From: an uncultured Gammaproteobacteria bacterium
GTDB taxonomy: Bacteria; Pseudomonadota; Gammaproteobacteria; CAWCPV01
Reading direction: 5' to 3'
NCBI GenBank assembly: GCA_963797555.1
Contig: CAWCPV010000020.1
Location: 61,003 to 125,002, forward strand
Length of the DNA stretch: 64,000 nt
In this document: positions 52,477 to 63,578 of the stretch, one piece after another
Numbering within the stretch: the stretch's first letter is position 1
How the letters are laid out: each line of letters begins with the position of its first letter
Position numbers and translations under genes: made by a program
The notes under the pieces: model-generated
What the model was told of the DNA's origin: nothing
Database searches by the model: none
Seen by the model: the letters and a program-made list of their open reading frames with translations, nothing else

Positions 52477-52535
52477 CTGTAGGAGCGCCTTCAGGCGCGA
52501 TATCTGAAGAATCGCGGCTAAAGCCGCTCCTACAG
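52477..52535. repeat. Inverted GTAG-type REP doublet between pglW and pglX
   Basis: CTGTAGGAGCGCCTTCAGGCGCGAT..ATCGCGGCTAAAGCCGCTCCTACAG. Confidence 0.78.
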
Positions 52536-52553
52536 CATGACACCGAAGCGGTA

Positions 52554-55500
52554 TCACTCCCCACTCGCCACTGCGCGATGGTGGTTCGCGAGCCAGGCAT
52601 CCGAGATTCGCGTCCACTCGGATGGATGTATCACCGGAACCGGCACCCCATCGATAACCGGCATGGGAGTCTGCTCGCCGCAGGGGACCAGCAGGATGAA
52701 GCCTGGGGCGCTGTCCGTGCGCTCGCAGGCATCCCTCAACGTATCCAGCAAGCCGACCTGGTCGTAACGTGCGAGAAGGCCCGGATAGACCAGAAGAAGC
52801 GGCTTGCGCGCAGCGAGGAGCGCACGTTCGACGCCCTGGGTCGCTCGGCGGACCAGCGTTTGCAGGTTGCGCCAGTCGCGCCCGCCAGGCTCGGCCGCGT
52901 CCGCTCTCAGCACCACCTCCCAGCTCGCACCCGCCTGGGCCGCGACAGACTTCATCTCGCGGATGAGAACGGCCTCCAGGCTGACGCGCTCGACGTCGAA
53001 CCGCGTCGCCAGCTCTTGCTCTGCCCGCAGAAGGTGCTTCGGCGCCACGCTCAACGCCAGGAACCGCTTGCGCTCGACCGCCTTGCGGATGCGCTCCTCC
53101 AGCATCCAGGCGGCCTCGACCTCCGGGGCGGCGGCGCCCCCGGCCCCGGACGCCGTGCTGACACGATGCAGGCTGGAGGTCGACGACACATAGCCCGGCT
53201 CGTGTTGCCTGGGCCGGTAGCTCAGTTGGTCGGCGTCCCACACCAGCTCGATACCTGCCTCGGCGAGCAGCTTGTCGAGGAGCGGCGGGCCGGGGATCGG
53301 CTCCGCCTCCGGGTAGCGGCTGGCAATGCGCTGTTTGATCTGCTGCAGCGACAGGGCCTTGGGGCCGAGGAGAGAGCCGACGCCGAGCTTCAGGGCACGG
53401 GCCGCCAGCATTCCCTTCGGATAGATCTCCATGCGGCTGGAGAGCGCCGCCTTTCGAGAGGACCGCACGGCGAGGCGCAGCACGCGCTCGGGCGGCATGG
53501 GCCGGTCACCTTCCGGCGGCTCCACGGCCAGCAGCTCTTCGGATACCCGGACGGGGGCCAGCAGGGGGTCCGCCTGCGCCAGCTCGTCCGCTCTGGCCCC
53601 CAGGGCCTGCGCGTAACGGGCGCGCGCAGCGGGGCTCGCCAGTAGTGCTCGGCAAGGCTTTCGGCGGCCACGACGAAGCGCCGGCTCGAGCCCCCGATGC
53701 AGCAGGTAGCGGGCGCCCTCCCGCGCTGCCTCCGTCTCCAGCGCGGCATAGGCGACGGCCGCCGCGAGCCGGCTGCGGCGAGGCTCCTCCGAGACCGAGC
53801 CGCGGGCGGTCAGGAGCGCCTCGCCAAGCTCGTCGGCGGTCATGACCCCGGCGTGCTTGTCCAGCAAACGGCCGATGTCGTCTCGCAGAGCCGTCATCCA
53901 GGGCTGTCGGCTCCAGCGCTCGCGCGCCCTGTCCAGCGCCGACTGGAGATCGGAGCGGGGAATGCTGAGCGCCTCGCACACCTCTTGCTGGGACGGCCAC
54001 GCTCCCGATAAGGCCCGGCGCTCGTCCAGCCCGAGGAAGGCTCTCAGCAGGGCGGCTTCCGCCTCGGGGATGCGGCTGCCGACCAGTCGATTCCCCATCA
54101 GGTCGACGCTCCAGTGCTGCGGGTCGACCGCCACCTCGTCTTCGGGGGCGCTGACCGGTACCGGCTTTTCCCCGCGCTCCGCGAAGTGCTGGGCGATGCG
54201 ATCGGCGAGGTCACGGATGTCGCGCACCGTCTTTTGTCCGATCCCCTTGTTCCGATAAAGGCGTATGCGCGGCAGCTCGGACAGCTCGCCCACCGTATGG
54301 GCGCCGACGCGGTCCAAGGCGTTGAGGATGCGCGGGCTGAGCCCGAGCGCCGCAAGGGGCATCGCCTCGGTGGCCTCCCGGAGAACCTCGGCGAGGTCGA
54401 TGGTTTCGCCATGGTCGGTGACGGCCGCCGGGCGGTCGATGTGCTCGAAGACGCGGAACCAGGCCCGGCGCATCTCCTCGGCGTTGTCGTACCGTGCCCG
54501 CCAGTCACGGGCAAGGCCCCTGGCGAAGAATTCGGCGAGGCCCTCCCGCACCGCGGGGTCGAACCGCTCGCTGTCCAGGGTCACCTCGCAGTCCAGCATG
54601 GAGGGGTCGGACTGGCCGTCGCCCCAGGCAGGGAGCTGGCCGGTCGCCATCTCGTACAGCGTGACCCCGGCAGCGAAACGCTCCCCATAGGCGTCCCAGC
54701 GGGGCGGCTTGCGCAGGCGCAGAAATGGGTCCAGGTACGGGGGCGTGCCGGCACGGATGCTCTCCGCCGGCGCTCCCGAGAGCGAGAAGTCGAACAGCAC
54801 CAAGGTAAGGGCCTTGTTCTTCGTCGCGCCGACGCCTATGTTGTCCGGCTTGATGTCGCGGTGGGAGACGCCGTTTCGCTCCAGCCAGTCGACCACGGTC
54901 AGCAGCTCGTCGCCGAATCGCTGCAGCAGGTCCAGGGACAGTCGACCTTCCTCGCGGATGCGTTGTGCCAGGGTGTACGTGCCGGATTTGGACTCCGCGC
55001 CCGCCTTGGCCATGAACAGGGCGGCGTGCCCATTGATCTCCAGCTCCTCGTAAAGCTCGACGATGTTCTGGTGACGGAGCTTGCGGAGCACTTCCCCTTC
55101 GTGGCGTAAGCGCTCGTTCTGGGAGGGGTCGAGGACGACCTTCAGCACCCCTTCCTGACCGTCCCGCTCGACCAGCAAGGCGAGGCTCGTGGCGCCTTTC
55201 CCCAGACGCTTCTTCACTGTGAAGCCCTGCTGCAGTCGGTCGTCGACGCGGGCGTCGAGGGGATGGACGGTCTGGTCGGGCTCGGGAGCGGCGAGTCCCT
55301 GTTCGGCGTCCCCGAGAAGGTCCAGAAACTCCCCGACGGAGTCGGGGCGGTCCTCCACGCTGGGGTCGGTGGAGAACTCGATCAGCTTTGGGGGCTGAGC
55401 GCGCGGTGGTACAGGCGTCGCGAGTGGGCGAACTTGAGTGTCTCGGCGACTTGCCGCACGAGATCGAGGCGCCTGCGCAGGTCGAGATTTTCCGCTCGGC

Positions 55501-56428
55501 TGCGCAGAAACAGATCGAGTCGCTCGGCGCCGGGATCGTGCTCGAACACCAGAGCCGGGCCACGCTCGTGCTCCGTGAACTGTTCCACCCGCAGAATGCC
55601 GGGATGCACGATGCCGTCCAGCAGCCGGTACTCGCGCTCTGCGGCCTGGCGGCGCTCTGCCCGCGTGACCTTGGATGACTGGAGCGCGACCGGATAAATG
55701 CGTATGCGACGTTTCGACTTGGGAAAGTTGACGTGGCAAGCCTCCCAGTCCTGGTAAAGGTCGGTCTCCTGCAGCAGGCGCTCGAGCACGTAGTCCGCGA
55801 CCCTCCGGTATCGCTGCGAAGGTCGGATACCCGCCTGCTCCACGGCCCGCGCGATCGCCTTGGACAGCGTGCGGTCGATGCGCTGCCCGGCGGAGGCCCC
55901 GCCCCGTTCCGCGGGAGCTTTGCCCGACAGGACTTCGACGATGGTGGGATAACCACTCTTCTCCGCCTCCTGGCGAAGACAGACACCTGCCCGCGCTGCC
56001 CTCGGCAGATCACAGTGCAGGCTCGGATCCGAGAGGAATACGACGGGCTCGACGAAGGGCATGCGCTGCTTGCGGAGCGCCGCCTGGCGCTGGAGGAGAG
56101 CCTTGAGCTTCTTGGCCTTGCGATTGGCGAGAAGGACCGGGTTGTCGTCCGTGACTGTCCGCCCGTCGTGGGTCCAGGTCCAGGTGCCCATGTCCCCGGT
56201 CAGATGACCGGGGCGGCTCTTGATCTCGACCAGATAGATCTTGTGCAGGGAGACGACGGCGAGGTCGACCTCGTTGATGCTGCCGTCGTCGGCGATGAAC
56301 TCGAAGTTCGACCAGGCCCGGAACGGCTCGCTGTCGGGCAGCCGGCCGCGGAGATAGACCAGAGCCTCCCGCTCCCAAGGATAGAAGGACTCCGTGACCT
56401 CCACCCAGCGGCCGGAACTCGTCATCAC
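52554..56428 (-). pseudogene. pglW: BREX type 2 PglW (NERD - kinase - kinase - helical domains) with out-of-frame internal deletion near 55390
   Basis: PFRAWSNFEF..NEVDL..LVEIKS (NERD); first kinase stops at HRALSPQS; second kinase LGKGAT, HRDIKPDN, DFS, GTPPYLDP; upstream of pglX. Confidence 0.88.
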
Positions 56429-56832
56429 CAGCCCTTGCAGGCGTTACCGGAGAGCGTGTGCGTGTGCGGTGCCCAGCAGCTCGCGACGAGACTGGCGCCT
56501 GGGCCGAACCGCTCCCCGGCGAGGATGTCCGGCCGTTCGACATCGAGCGGAAGGACAGGAAATTCAACCGCCTCCGGCGCAGCGGGGAGAGTAGTCCTCG
56601 GGCGCGGACCAGTCAACACCCGTCGCGAGGTTCGGAGCACGCGCGGCACAGGATTGGAGTGCCCGATGCTGGCCGAGCCGGCCCAAGGCGATGGGCTTGG
56701 GGCTGCGGTTGGGTTTTCGCCGGCAACCTGCACGAACGCTGCCGTCCCCTTGCGGGCAGGCTCCGTTATGGGCTTCGACCCAGAGGCGAAGCTCCGCACG
56801 TCAATCCCGTTCTTTGATATGCCAGAATTTTT

Positions 56833-58347
56833 GGTTCTTACCGGAATCGTGTGGGTAGATATGCTTACGCTGCGGCAGCCTCTGCCTGAGGTCTGACACA
56901 AAGATCGTGTGTTGAACGGCGAGGCCGGCAAGTGGGCCAGGTTGCCCGCGATGAGGTAGGCGATGGTGATGAGCGAGCGCGTGGTGCGGTAGCCTCGGGC
57001 GCGGGCTTTGGGAGCCTGGATGAGGGAGTTGATGCCCTCGGCGCGGCCGTTGGTGAGGCCGGAGTCGAACGCGGCGAGCACACCGTCCCAGTGGTCTTTC
57101 AGAGTGGCAGCGAGGTGCTTCATGGGTTGCAGGCGGCTACGCCGTGCCCAGCTATACCAGCGCCCGAGGGCGCTCTCGGCCTGCTCGAGGGTGCTGGCCG
57201 TGGCGTAGATATCGCGCAGCGCCTCCTTGAGGCGCCAGGCGCGGGCGGTCTGGAGGCGGGCGCGGGAGAGCCAGTGAAAGTCGGTGAGCTGCTCCCAGGT
57301 CCAGTCGTGGGCGTCTTTGAGCCAGGTCCAGCGGGTGCCCCTGAGGGCGGGCTCGGTCTTGACCTCCTCGCGGCGCACTGTATCGACGGCCTGGTTGGCG
57401 AGCTGGATGACATGGAAGGCATCGAAGCTCACCGTGGCTTTAGGCAGATGCTTGGTCACCCCGGCGAGATAAGCGGCGGACAGGTCGATGCACACCTGCT
57501 CGATGGCCTGCGGGTCGCCCCGTGCGCCTTCAGGTCGGCGGCAAAGGCCGCCACGGTGCTCTGGTCGCGGCCCTCGCAGGCGAACAGCAGGCGTTTGCCC
57601 GTGAGGTCATGGAACAGGCTGAGGTAGTGCTGCCCACGCCGGGCGGCGGTCTCGTCCAGGCCCACGGCGCGCACCGGGGAGTGGTCCTCCTGGGCGCGGG
57701 CCGCCTCCACGTAGTGCTCGAGCACCCCCCACAGGCGCTCATCGCCCACGCCCAGGTGCCGGGCGACGGTCGCCACCGGCATCGCCTGGCACAGCGTCAC
57801 CACCAGTGCCTCCATCAGCGCCGTGAAGCCACTCTGTGCGCGCGCCCACGGCGGCTCGACCTGAGTCGTCTTGCCGCCGCTCTCACAGCGCACTCGCGGC
57901 AGATGCGCGTGCAGGTCTGCCCGTGACTTAAAGAAGCTCAGGTGCTGCCAGCTGCGCTTGCGGGTATCATGCACCGGCTGGCCTGGCGCTGCGCACGCCG
58001 GGCAGGCGAAGCGGCTCCCCTTGGCAAAGGCCACCTCGAGGTCGATGCGCCCAGCCTCGGGGTCAAAGCGTACGCCGGTGACTTCCCAAGGCGCCGTGAG
58101 GCCCAGTGCCGTCGTGAATAGATGCGTTGGCTCCATGGCGCTCCCCCCTTGATGGCCTGTGGATTTGTGGACGAGTCATGCGGAGCGGCCCGCGTCCCAA
58201 GGACCGTGTGGACAACCTCCCGGTTGCCCACACTCGCGGGCCTCTCGCCCACAACCCCACAGGCCCAACCACAAGATGTTGTGATAGACGATTGCTCAGA
58301 ACGGATGCTACTCGACCACCACGATCCACACAATTACCGAAAGAGCC
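56833..58347 (-). mobile_element. ISL3-family IS, transposase frameshifted near 57500
   Basis: Imperfect TIR GGCTCTTTCGGTAATTGTGTGG / GGTTCTTACCGGAATCGTGTGG; CPAC zinc finger, GLDET, FDAFHVI, TNGRAEGINS..ARGYR; no target duplication. Confidence 0.88.
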
Positions 58348-58803
58348 CTTTATCTCGTGGCCCGTACGGATGGTTAGCTCCGTGTGCGCCTTCGGGCTGA
58401 CGCACAGCCAGTCAATACCGGGTGGGTCGGGCCGGGTGCCGTTTGTCTCCACTGCCACATCGAAACCGTGCTCATGCAGGTTGGCGAGCAAGGGTTCATC
58501 GAGCTGCAGCAAGGGTTCGCCGCCGGTGCACACGACGAAAGGCCTACCTCCGTTACGTAGGTGAGCTGGCCAAAGAGAACCGATCTTCTCAGCAAGACCG
58601 GCCGCGGTTCGGTATTTGCCACCTCCCTCGCCGTCCGTACCGACGAAGTCGGTGTCACAGAATTGGCAGACCGCCTTCATTCGATGCTGCTCATGCCCAC
58701 TCCACAGGTTGCATCCGGCGAACCGGCAGAACACGGCAGCGCGTCCCGTCTGCGCCCCCTCGCCCTGGAGCGTGTAGAAGATCTCCTTGACCGAGTAGGT
58801 CAT
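58348..58803 (-). pseudogene. queE: 7-carboxy-7-deazaguanine synthase, 3'-truncated by ISL3
   Basis: KEIFYTLQGEG, atypical Cx14CxxC (CNLWSG..CQFCDTDF), TGGEP, VETNG, VSPK. Confidence 0.9.
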
Positions 58804-58812
58804 CGGCTGTAG

Positions 58813-59845
58813 TCACAGCGGCAGAGCAGGCCCGCGCTGTCCCCACGAGAGGATGGCGCCGCAGCCGGGCGTCTCATACACATCAATGCGATCGAGCGGG
58901 GGAAGGGTCTCGATCATGCTGTCCCGCATCCAGTGCAGCAGGCCGACGCTGTCGCCGGTCCCCAAACCCGCCACCTCGTTCAATGGATGATGGTCGAGCC
59001 GCAGGTAGGCCGGTTCGAACAGCTCCTTCACGTCGCCGTAGTCGATGGTCCAGCCCATCACCTCGTCGAGTGGCGCCGTGAGGTGTAGGCGTCCCAGGTA
59101 GCTGTGGCCGTGCAGCCGGCGGCGCCGGTCGCCCTCCGGGGCACGCAGGAGCCGTACCGCGCTCTCGAAGGCGAACTCCTTCCAATCCGGTACCGGGCGC
59201 CATCGTAATGACACCCGGCGGTCGCCGTCTCGTACACCGTCACCCAGGACAACTCCCCAGGGACGGTTTAAGGTGCTCCCACAACCAGCTTGAGAGCATC
59301 TCGCTGGTGGGGTTCTCCAGCCCCTCGATGCCGTTCAGGCACGCCAGGTGCAGCTCTTCGTAGAGGGGCCGCCAGCGGGACTCCAGCTCGTCAAAGTCCA
59401 CGCCCATGTCCCGGCCGTTCAGGTCCTGGTCTGCGTGCAGAATGACCTCGAAGCCATGGCCGTGCATGCGCCCGCACTTGTGTCCTTCGGGGACACCTGC
59501 AAAGGAGCCCCCTGGTGGGCAGCCTCGAACCGGAAACGACGCCACACGTGTACGTGATTGTCCTGATCCAGGTCGGCGCCCTGGTCGCGCGTGCTTTGAA
59601 TGCCCACGGTCCGAATCCCCGGCTGCCGAGACCGACGAGCTCAGGTCCAAACTCGCGGCCGAAAGGCAATCCCTCAGCCACCTGGCCAGGTTCTCGTCCG
59701 TCGGGATCTCGAGATGACGATTGAGGTCATCGTGATCCAGCCTGTGTCCGTGCAGCCGGCGCGACCGGTGCCCCTCGGGCAGGATGTCCACATGCCGCGC
59801 CGCCTCGAAGGGGGCGGCAGCAACGTGATGCAAGGTCGCTGTCAA
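58813..59845 (-). pseudogene. queD: Multi-domain 6-carboxytetrahydropterin synthase with frameshifts and a deletion
   Basis: Three FE(A/S)A..HGH units, NPTSE/IPTDE, VYET. Confidence 0.8.
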
Positions 59846-61070
59846 GCGACGGCCCTGAACTTCTCGATCAGGGGATCAGGGATCCCAGCTTGCGCGAAAC
59901 CTTTCGCCCTCAGCAAGCAGGAGGCGCACTCGCCGCAAGGACGACCTTCGGGGGAAGGGTCGTAGCAACTGCTGGTCAACGCGTAATCCACACCTAGCTC
60001 TATGCCCTTGCGGATAATGTCGGCCTTCGACAGATGGATGAGTGGTGTATGGATTCTGAGCTTCGTTTGCCCCTCGACGCCCGCCTTGGGTGGCCAGGTT
60101 GGCCATGCGCTGATAGGCCTCGATGTACTCAGGTCGGCAATCGGGGTAGCCAGAGTAATCGAGGGCGTTGACCCCGATGAAGATGTCGGCGGCCCCTAGC
60201 ACCTCTGCCCAGGCGAGGGCGAAGGAGAGAAAGATGGTGTTGCGGGCCGGGACATAGGTGACGGGGATGCCTTCCGCCATGTCGGTAGGACTTCGCCCTC
60301 TGGGTACGTCGATGTCGGCGGTCAACGCCGACCCTAGTGTGCCCAGCATGGGCCAAGATTTGTGACCTGAGAGGAGGTAACCGGAGAGGGTGACGACAAC
60401 CGTAGTGAAGCGCAAGGGGGAAGCCGCGAGGCCAACCTGAAAGAAGCGCGGAGCAAAGGCTCGACCGCAGGAACACGAACAGGCAGTGAGGCCGGGTGCG
60501 GGCGATGAGCGTGCTAGGGAACGCGAAATCCAACGGTCACCGAAAGACGCATCAGGTAGAGCCCTGGCGGCACGGGCCGAGAGTCTTGGCACCTTACCCG
60601 GGGAGATCTCCCGAGTGAGAGCCTGGGAGAAGTCAGCAGAGGCCATATGAGCGAGGAGACCCTCTGCAATGGGGGGTGGAGCGAAGGGCCCTGCGGTGAC
60701 CGCGAAGTCGTCTGAAACCGAGGGCCGTTGCAACTGCGGCAGCCATCCCTTGGGCGGTGGAGCGAAAGATAGTGGAGCTATCGGACGCGAGACTGGAGGC
60801 GGCAAGGAAACCGTGGCGGAAGGAGGATGAATGAAAGCGCTGAATGAGAGCTTGATGGAACGGGTAGTCTCCTGGTTCCATCGGATCTCGCGGCCGCCTG
60901 ATGGCCGCCAGGTCCAACCGCCGGATGCGGAAAACCGCTTGTCCGGTGGTGTGGGAGGGGTGACGGGCGCAATCCCGTCACCTCGACCCGATCGAAACGC
61001 CGCAGATCGATGTCGGCGACCACATACTGGGCGACGCCGAGCGCCTTGGCGACCCGGGCAGCGTTTACCA
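59842..61070 (-). pseudogene. queC: 7-cyano-7-deazaguanine synthase, 5'-truncated, intron-interrupted, frameshifted
   Basis: [39 protein letters not shown]; upstream piece ADIDLRRF beyond the intron. Confidence 0.88.
60337..60992 (+). mobile_element. ORF-less group II intron (class C-like), antisense to queC
   Basis: 5' GTGTGCCCAGCATGGGC, GAAGTCAGCAGAGGCCATA, domain V AACCGCCGGATGCGGAAAACCGCTTGTCCGGTGGTG, domain VI hairpin GGTGACGGG-CGCAAT-CCCGTCACC, 3' ACCCGAT. Confidence 0.85.
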
Positions 61071-61077
61071 GAGAATC

Positions 61078-61694
61078 AATCTCTGCAACATCCATTTCCA
61101 CAGCCCGGCGGAGCACAAGGCGAAGGACTTTTCTATCTTGGTCAGTGACGGCGATCACGGCCACGGCGGAGGGTTCCAGTGCGACATCAGCAAGAGCCTC
61201 TCCGAATCTGAATTGAAGGCGCCTGCCGAGAATCACTGCAAGGACCTAAGGCCCGGTGACACCATCGAGGTGCACTGGGTGTACAGTTCCTGCGACGTGA
61301 AGCCCGGTAAGGGCCTCGGTTCCTGCCTGTCGCAGCAATGCTCCAATCCCAACCTGCGGGTCGAGGCCCAGGTATTCACCGTGGTCAACGACCCGAAGCC
61401 CTGAACTTCATGGATTACGCGTACAGGGGCAACATCGTCAACGGCTACCCTCAAGCCAAGGCGTTGCCGAGTGATACCGGAGCCCCTGTCCAGTACCTGG
61501 GTTCCACCACTGGTCCCCAATACTCCGAAAGCACCTGCTCCCCGCTGCAGGTGACCTGGAGCGTGCGCCCCCAGTGCGCGAAGGTCGACATCAACAGCGT
61601 CAGCAAGTGGTGCAAGGATAACGTCTTCGAGGAAGACCACGCCCACGGAGTCAGGAGGCTGGTGGTTAACCCGCAGCTACTGGCTCCCTTCTGA
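61078..61694 (+). pseudogene. Delta-class (TWCA1-like) carbonic anhydrase, 5'-truncated, frameshift near 61400
   Basis: NLCNIHFH..AEH, GDTIEVHWVYSSC, YLGSTTGP, CSPLQVTWSV, EDHAHGVR. Confidence 0.8.
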
Positions 61695-61789
61695 GGCGGG
61701 AGACCCGGCGACTGCCGTTGCTCGGTGACAACGGGCCCCACATTTCCTAGCGTACGTGACCGCCTCGGTGCGGGTGTGCATGCACCAAC

Positions 61790-61850
61790 GAGCGTTTCGC
61801 CCTCCCTCCCCATACCACCCCGCATGCGGGTCCGCGCCAGGCGTTTCACG
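61790..61850 (-). mobile_element. Degenerate 3' end (domain V) of a second group II intron
   Basis: GAAACGCCTGGCGCGGACCCGCATGCGGGGTGGTATGGGGAGGG resembles the domain V consensus. Confidence 0.55.
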
Positions 61851-61996
61851 ACAGCACTGGATGCCCTCATCCCGCTCTAACCCCTTGAGCAAACATCCCG
61901 ATCGCGGGATCTCGGGTTACAATGGCTCTGGTCGGGGCTTTCAATGCGGCTGAGCCGTAAGCACAGTCCGTGAAATTTACAGGCAACTATCAGGCG

Positions 61997-62400
61997 ATGG
62001 CACAGTTCCAGGCGGGGCGATCGGGCAATCCAGAGGCAAGCCCAAGGGTGCCAAGGACAAGCGCACCGGGCTGCGGGCGCTGCTCCAGCCCCATGCCGAT
62101 GTGTTGGTGAAGAAGGCTGTGGACCTCGCCCTTGGGGGCGACACTGCGGCCTTGCGGCTGTGCCTGGATCGGCTGATGGCGCCGGTGAGGCCGCGGGATG
62201 AGCCCGTGGAGTTGGGCGAGCTGCAGGGCACCTTGACCGAGCAGGGGCAAGGCATCCTCGCGGCGATGGGACGAGGCCAGTTCGGGGCCTCCGAGGCAGG
62301 CAGGCTGCTGCAGGCGCTGGCCGCACAGGCGCGCATTACCGAGGTGGGGGAACTGGAACAGCGCATCCAGGCCCTGGAGCAGAGGAACGCGACCCGATGA
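61997..62400 (+). pseudogene. DUF5681-like phage/MGE protein, frameshifted
   Basis: MAQFQAGRSGNP(fs)RGKPKGAKDKRT..KAVDLALGGDTAALRLCLDRL. Confidence 0.65.
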
Positions 62401-62600
62401 GCCTCAAGACCCGAGTGGCGCGCCTTGAGGCGGCAGCAGCCCAGCGCTATGCCCACAGCCATGAGCAGCGGTTCCGGTCACTAAGCGTGGAGGAGTTGGA
62501 ACGCCACCTCGCCGAACTCCATGCACGGATAAGCGATCAGGCATTCGCTGCGGGCATCGAGAAGATGCGCACAGGGACGGGGGAGTGGGTTCGCGGCTGA
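62397..62600 (+). CDS. Small hypothetical MGE protein
   Basis: ATGA overlap with upstream gene; MSLKTRVARLE start. Confidence 0.45.
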   Translation: MSLKTRVARLEAAAAQRYAHSHEQRFRSLSVEELERHLAELHARISDQAFAAGIEKMRTGTGEWVRG

Positions 62601-62985
62601 GCGAGGCGTCCATCGAGCTGCTGGTCCAGAACCACGCGAAATGGGCGGGGCAGCGATGAGCGGGGATCGCACCCTGGACGAACGGCGCTGGGGTGCCCCT
62701 GACCGTTGCGCGGCTGGACCGAAAGGTTATCCCTAGATTGAGCTTCAGGCCGCCACCCGCCAGCCGCAGTGGCCTATAGCGGTGCGCAGTATTTTGGACA
62801 AGGCCATGCGGGCGCTTGAGAAGTGCGGCGCGTGACCGGTAGACAGTGATTTATCCGCCCCGCACACTGGGGGACGATGAACGATGGAACGGCAGAAGAT
62901 CGTGCGCCAAGCCAATGACGGCGCGGCTTGCGTGGATTGCGGGGTAGCTTTGCCTAATGATTTCGGCTAAATCCGGCGGCTGAGA

Positions 62986-63578
62986 ATGGGCGGCAGAGGT
63001 AGCGGCCGGTACTGGCATGATGGCGCGGCTGAATGTACTGGCGATTACCGCCAGCTCGACGTGCGGCGCTGGCAGCGGGAGGGTTTTCTGACACCGGGCC
63101 GGGCCTTCCGCTGGCAGTGGACGAGCGATAGTGAACCCGTGGCATGGATTGAAGTGCGGGCGGAGGCTGATCGGGTCATCCTGACCTACCGGTACCGACA
63201 GGGCGACGGGGAGTGGAAGGATGAGTGCTACCCGGTGCGCCTGGATTGGACACCTTGCAACTACGGCGGGGCGCGAGTGTGGTTTCGCTGCCCCGCGGTC
63301 GGCTGTGGCGGGCGGGTGGCGATTACGGCGGCAGGATCTTCGCCTGTCGGCGCTGTTATCGGCTGGCCTATCGCAGTCAGCGGGAGGAGGCTTACGACCG
63401 CTTTGCCAGGCGGGCGGAGAAATCCGGGCGCGACTGGTCTGGCGGCCGGGAATGCTGAACAGCCCCGGGCGGGAAGCCGAAAGGGATGCACTGGAGGACG
63501 TTCCTGCGGCTGACCGCAAGGCACCATGAGTTTGTCAGGGCGAGCCTGGCGGCCGTGTTGCGGCGGTGCGGGCTGTGA
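62986..63578 (+). pseudogene. Zn-finger-like hypothetical protein typical of integrated elements, frameshifted
   Basis: MGGRGSGR start, TPCNYGGARVWFRCP..C, FACRRCYRLAYRSQRE in shifted frame. Confidence 0.6.

Noticed and set aside
56425-56832. ISL3 transposase extension reaching pglW as a fusion domain
   Set aside because: Read-through past the IS end into low-complexity intergenic sequence with no motifs
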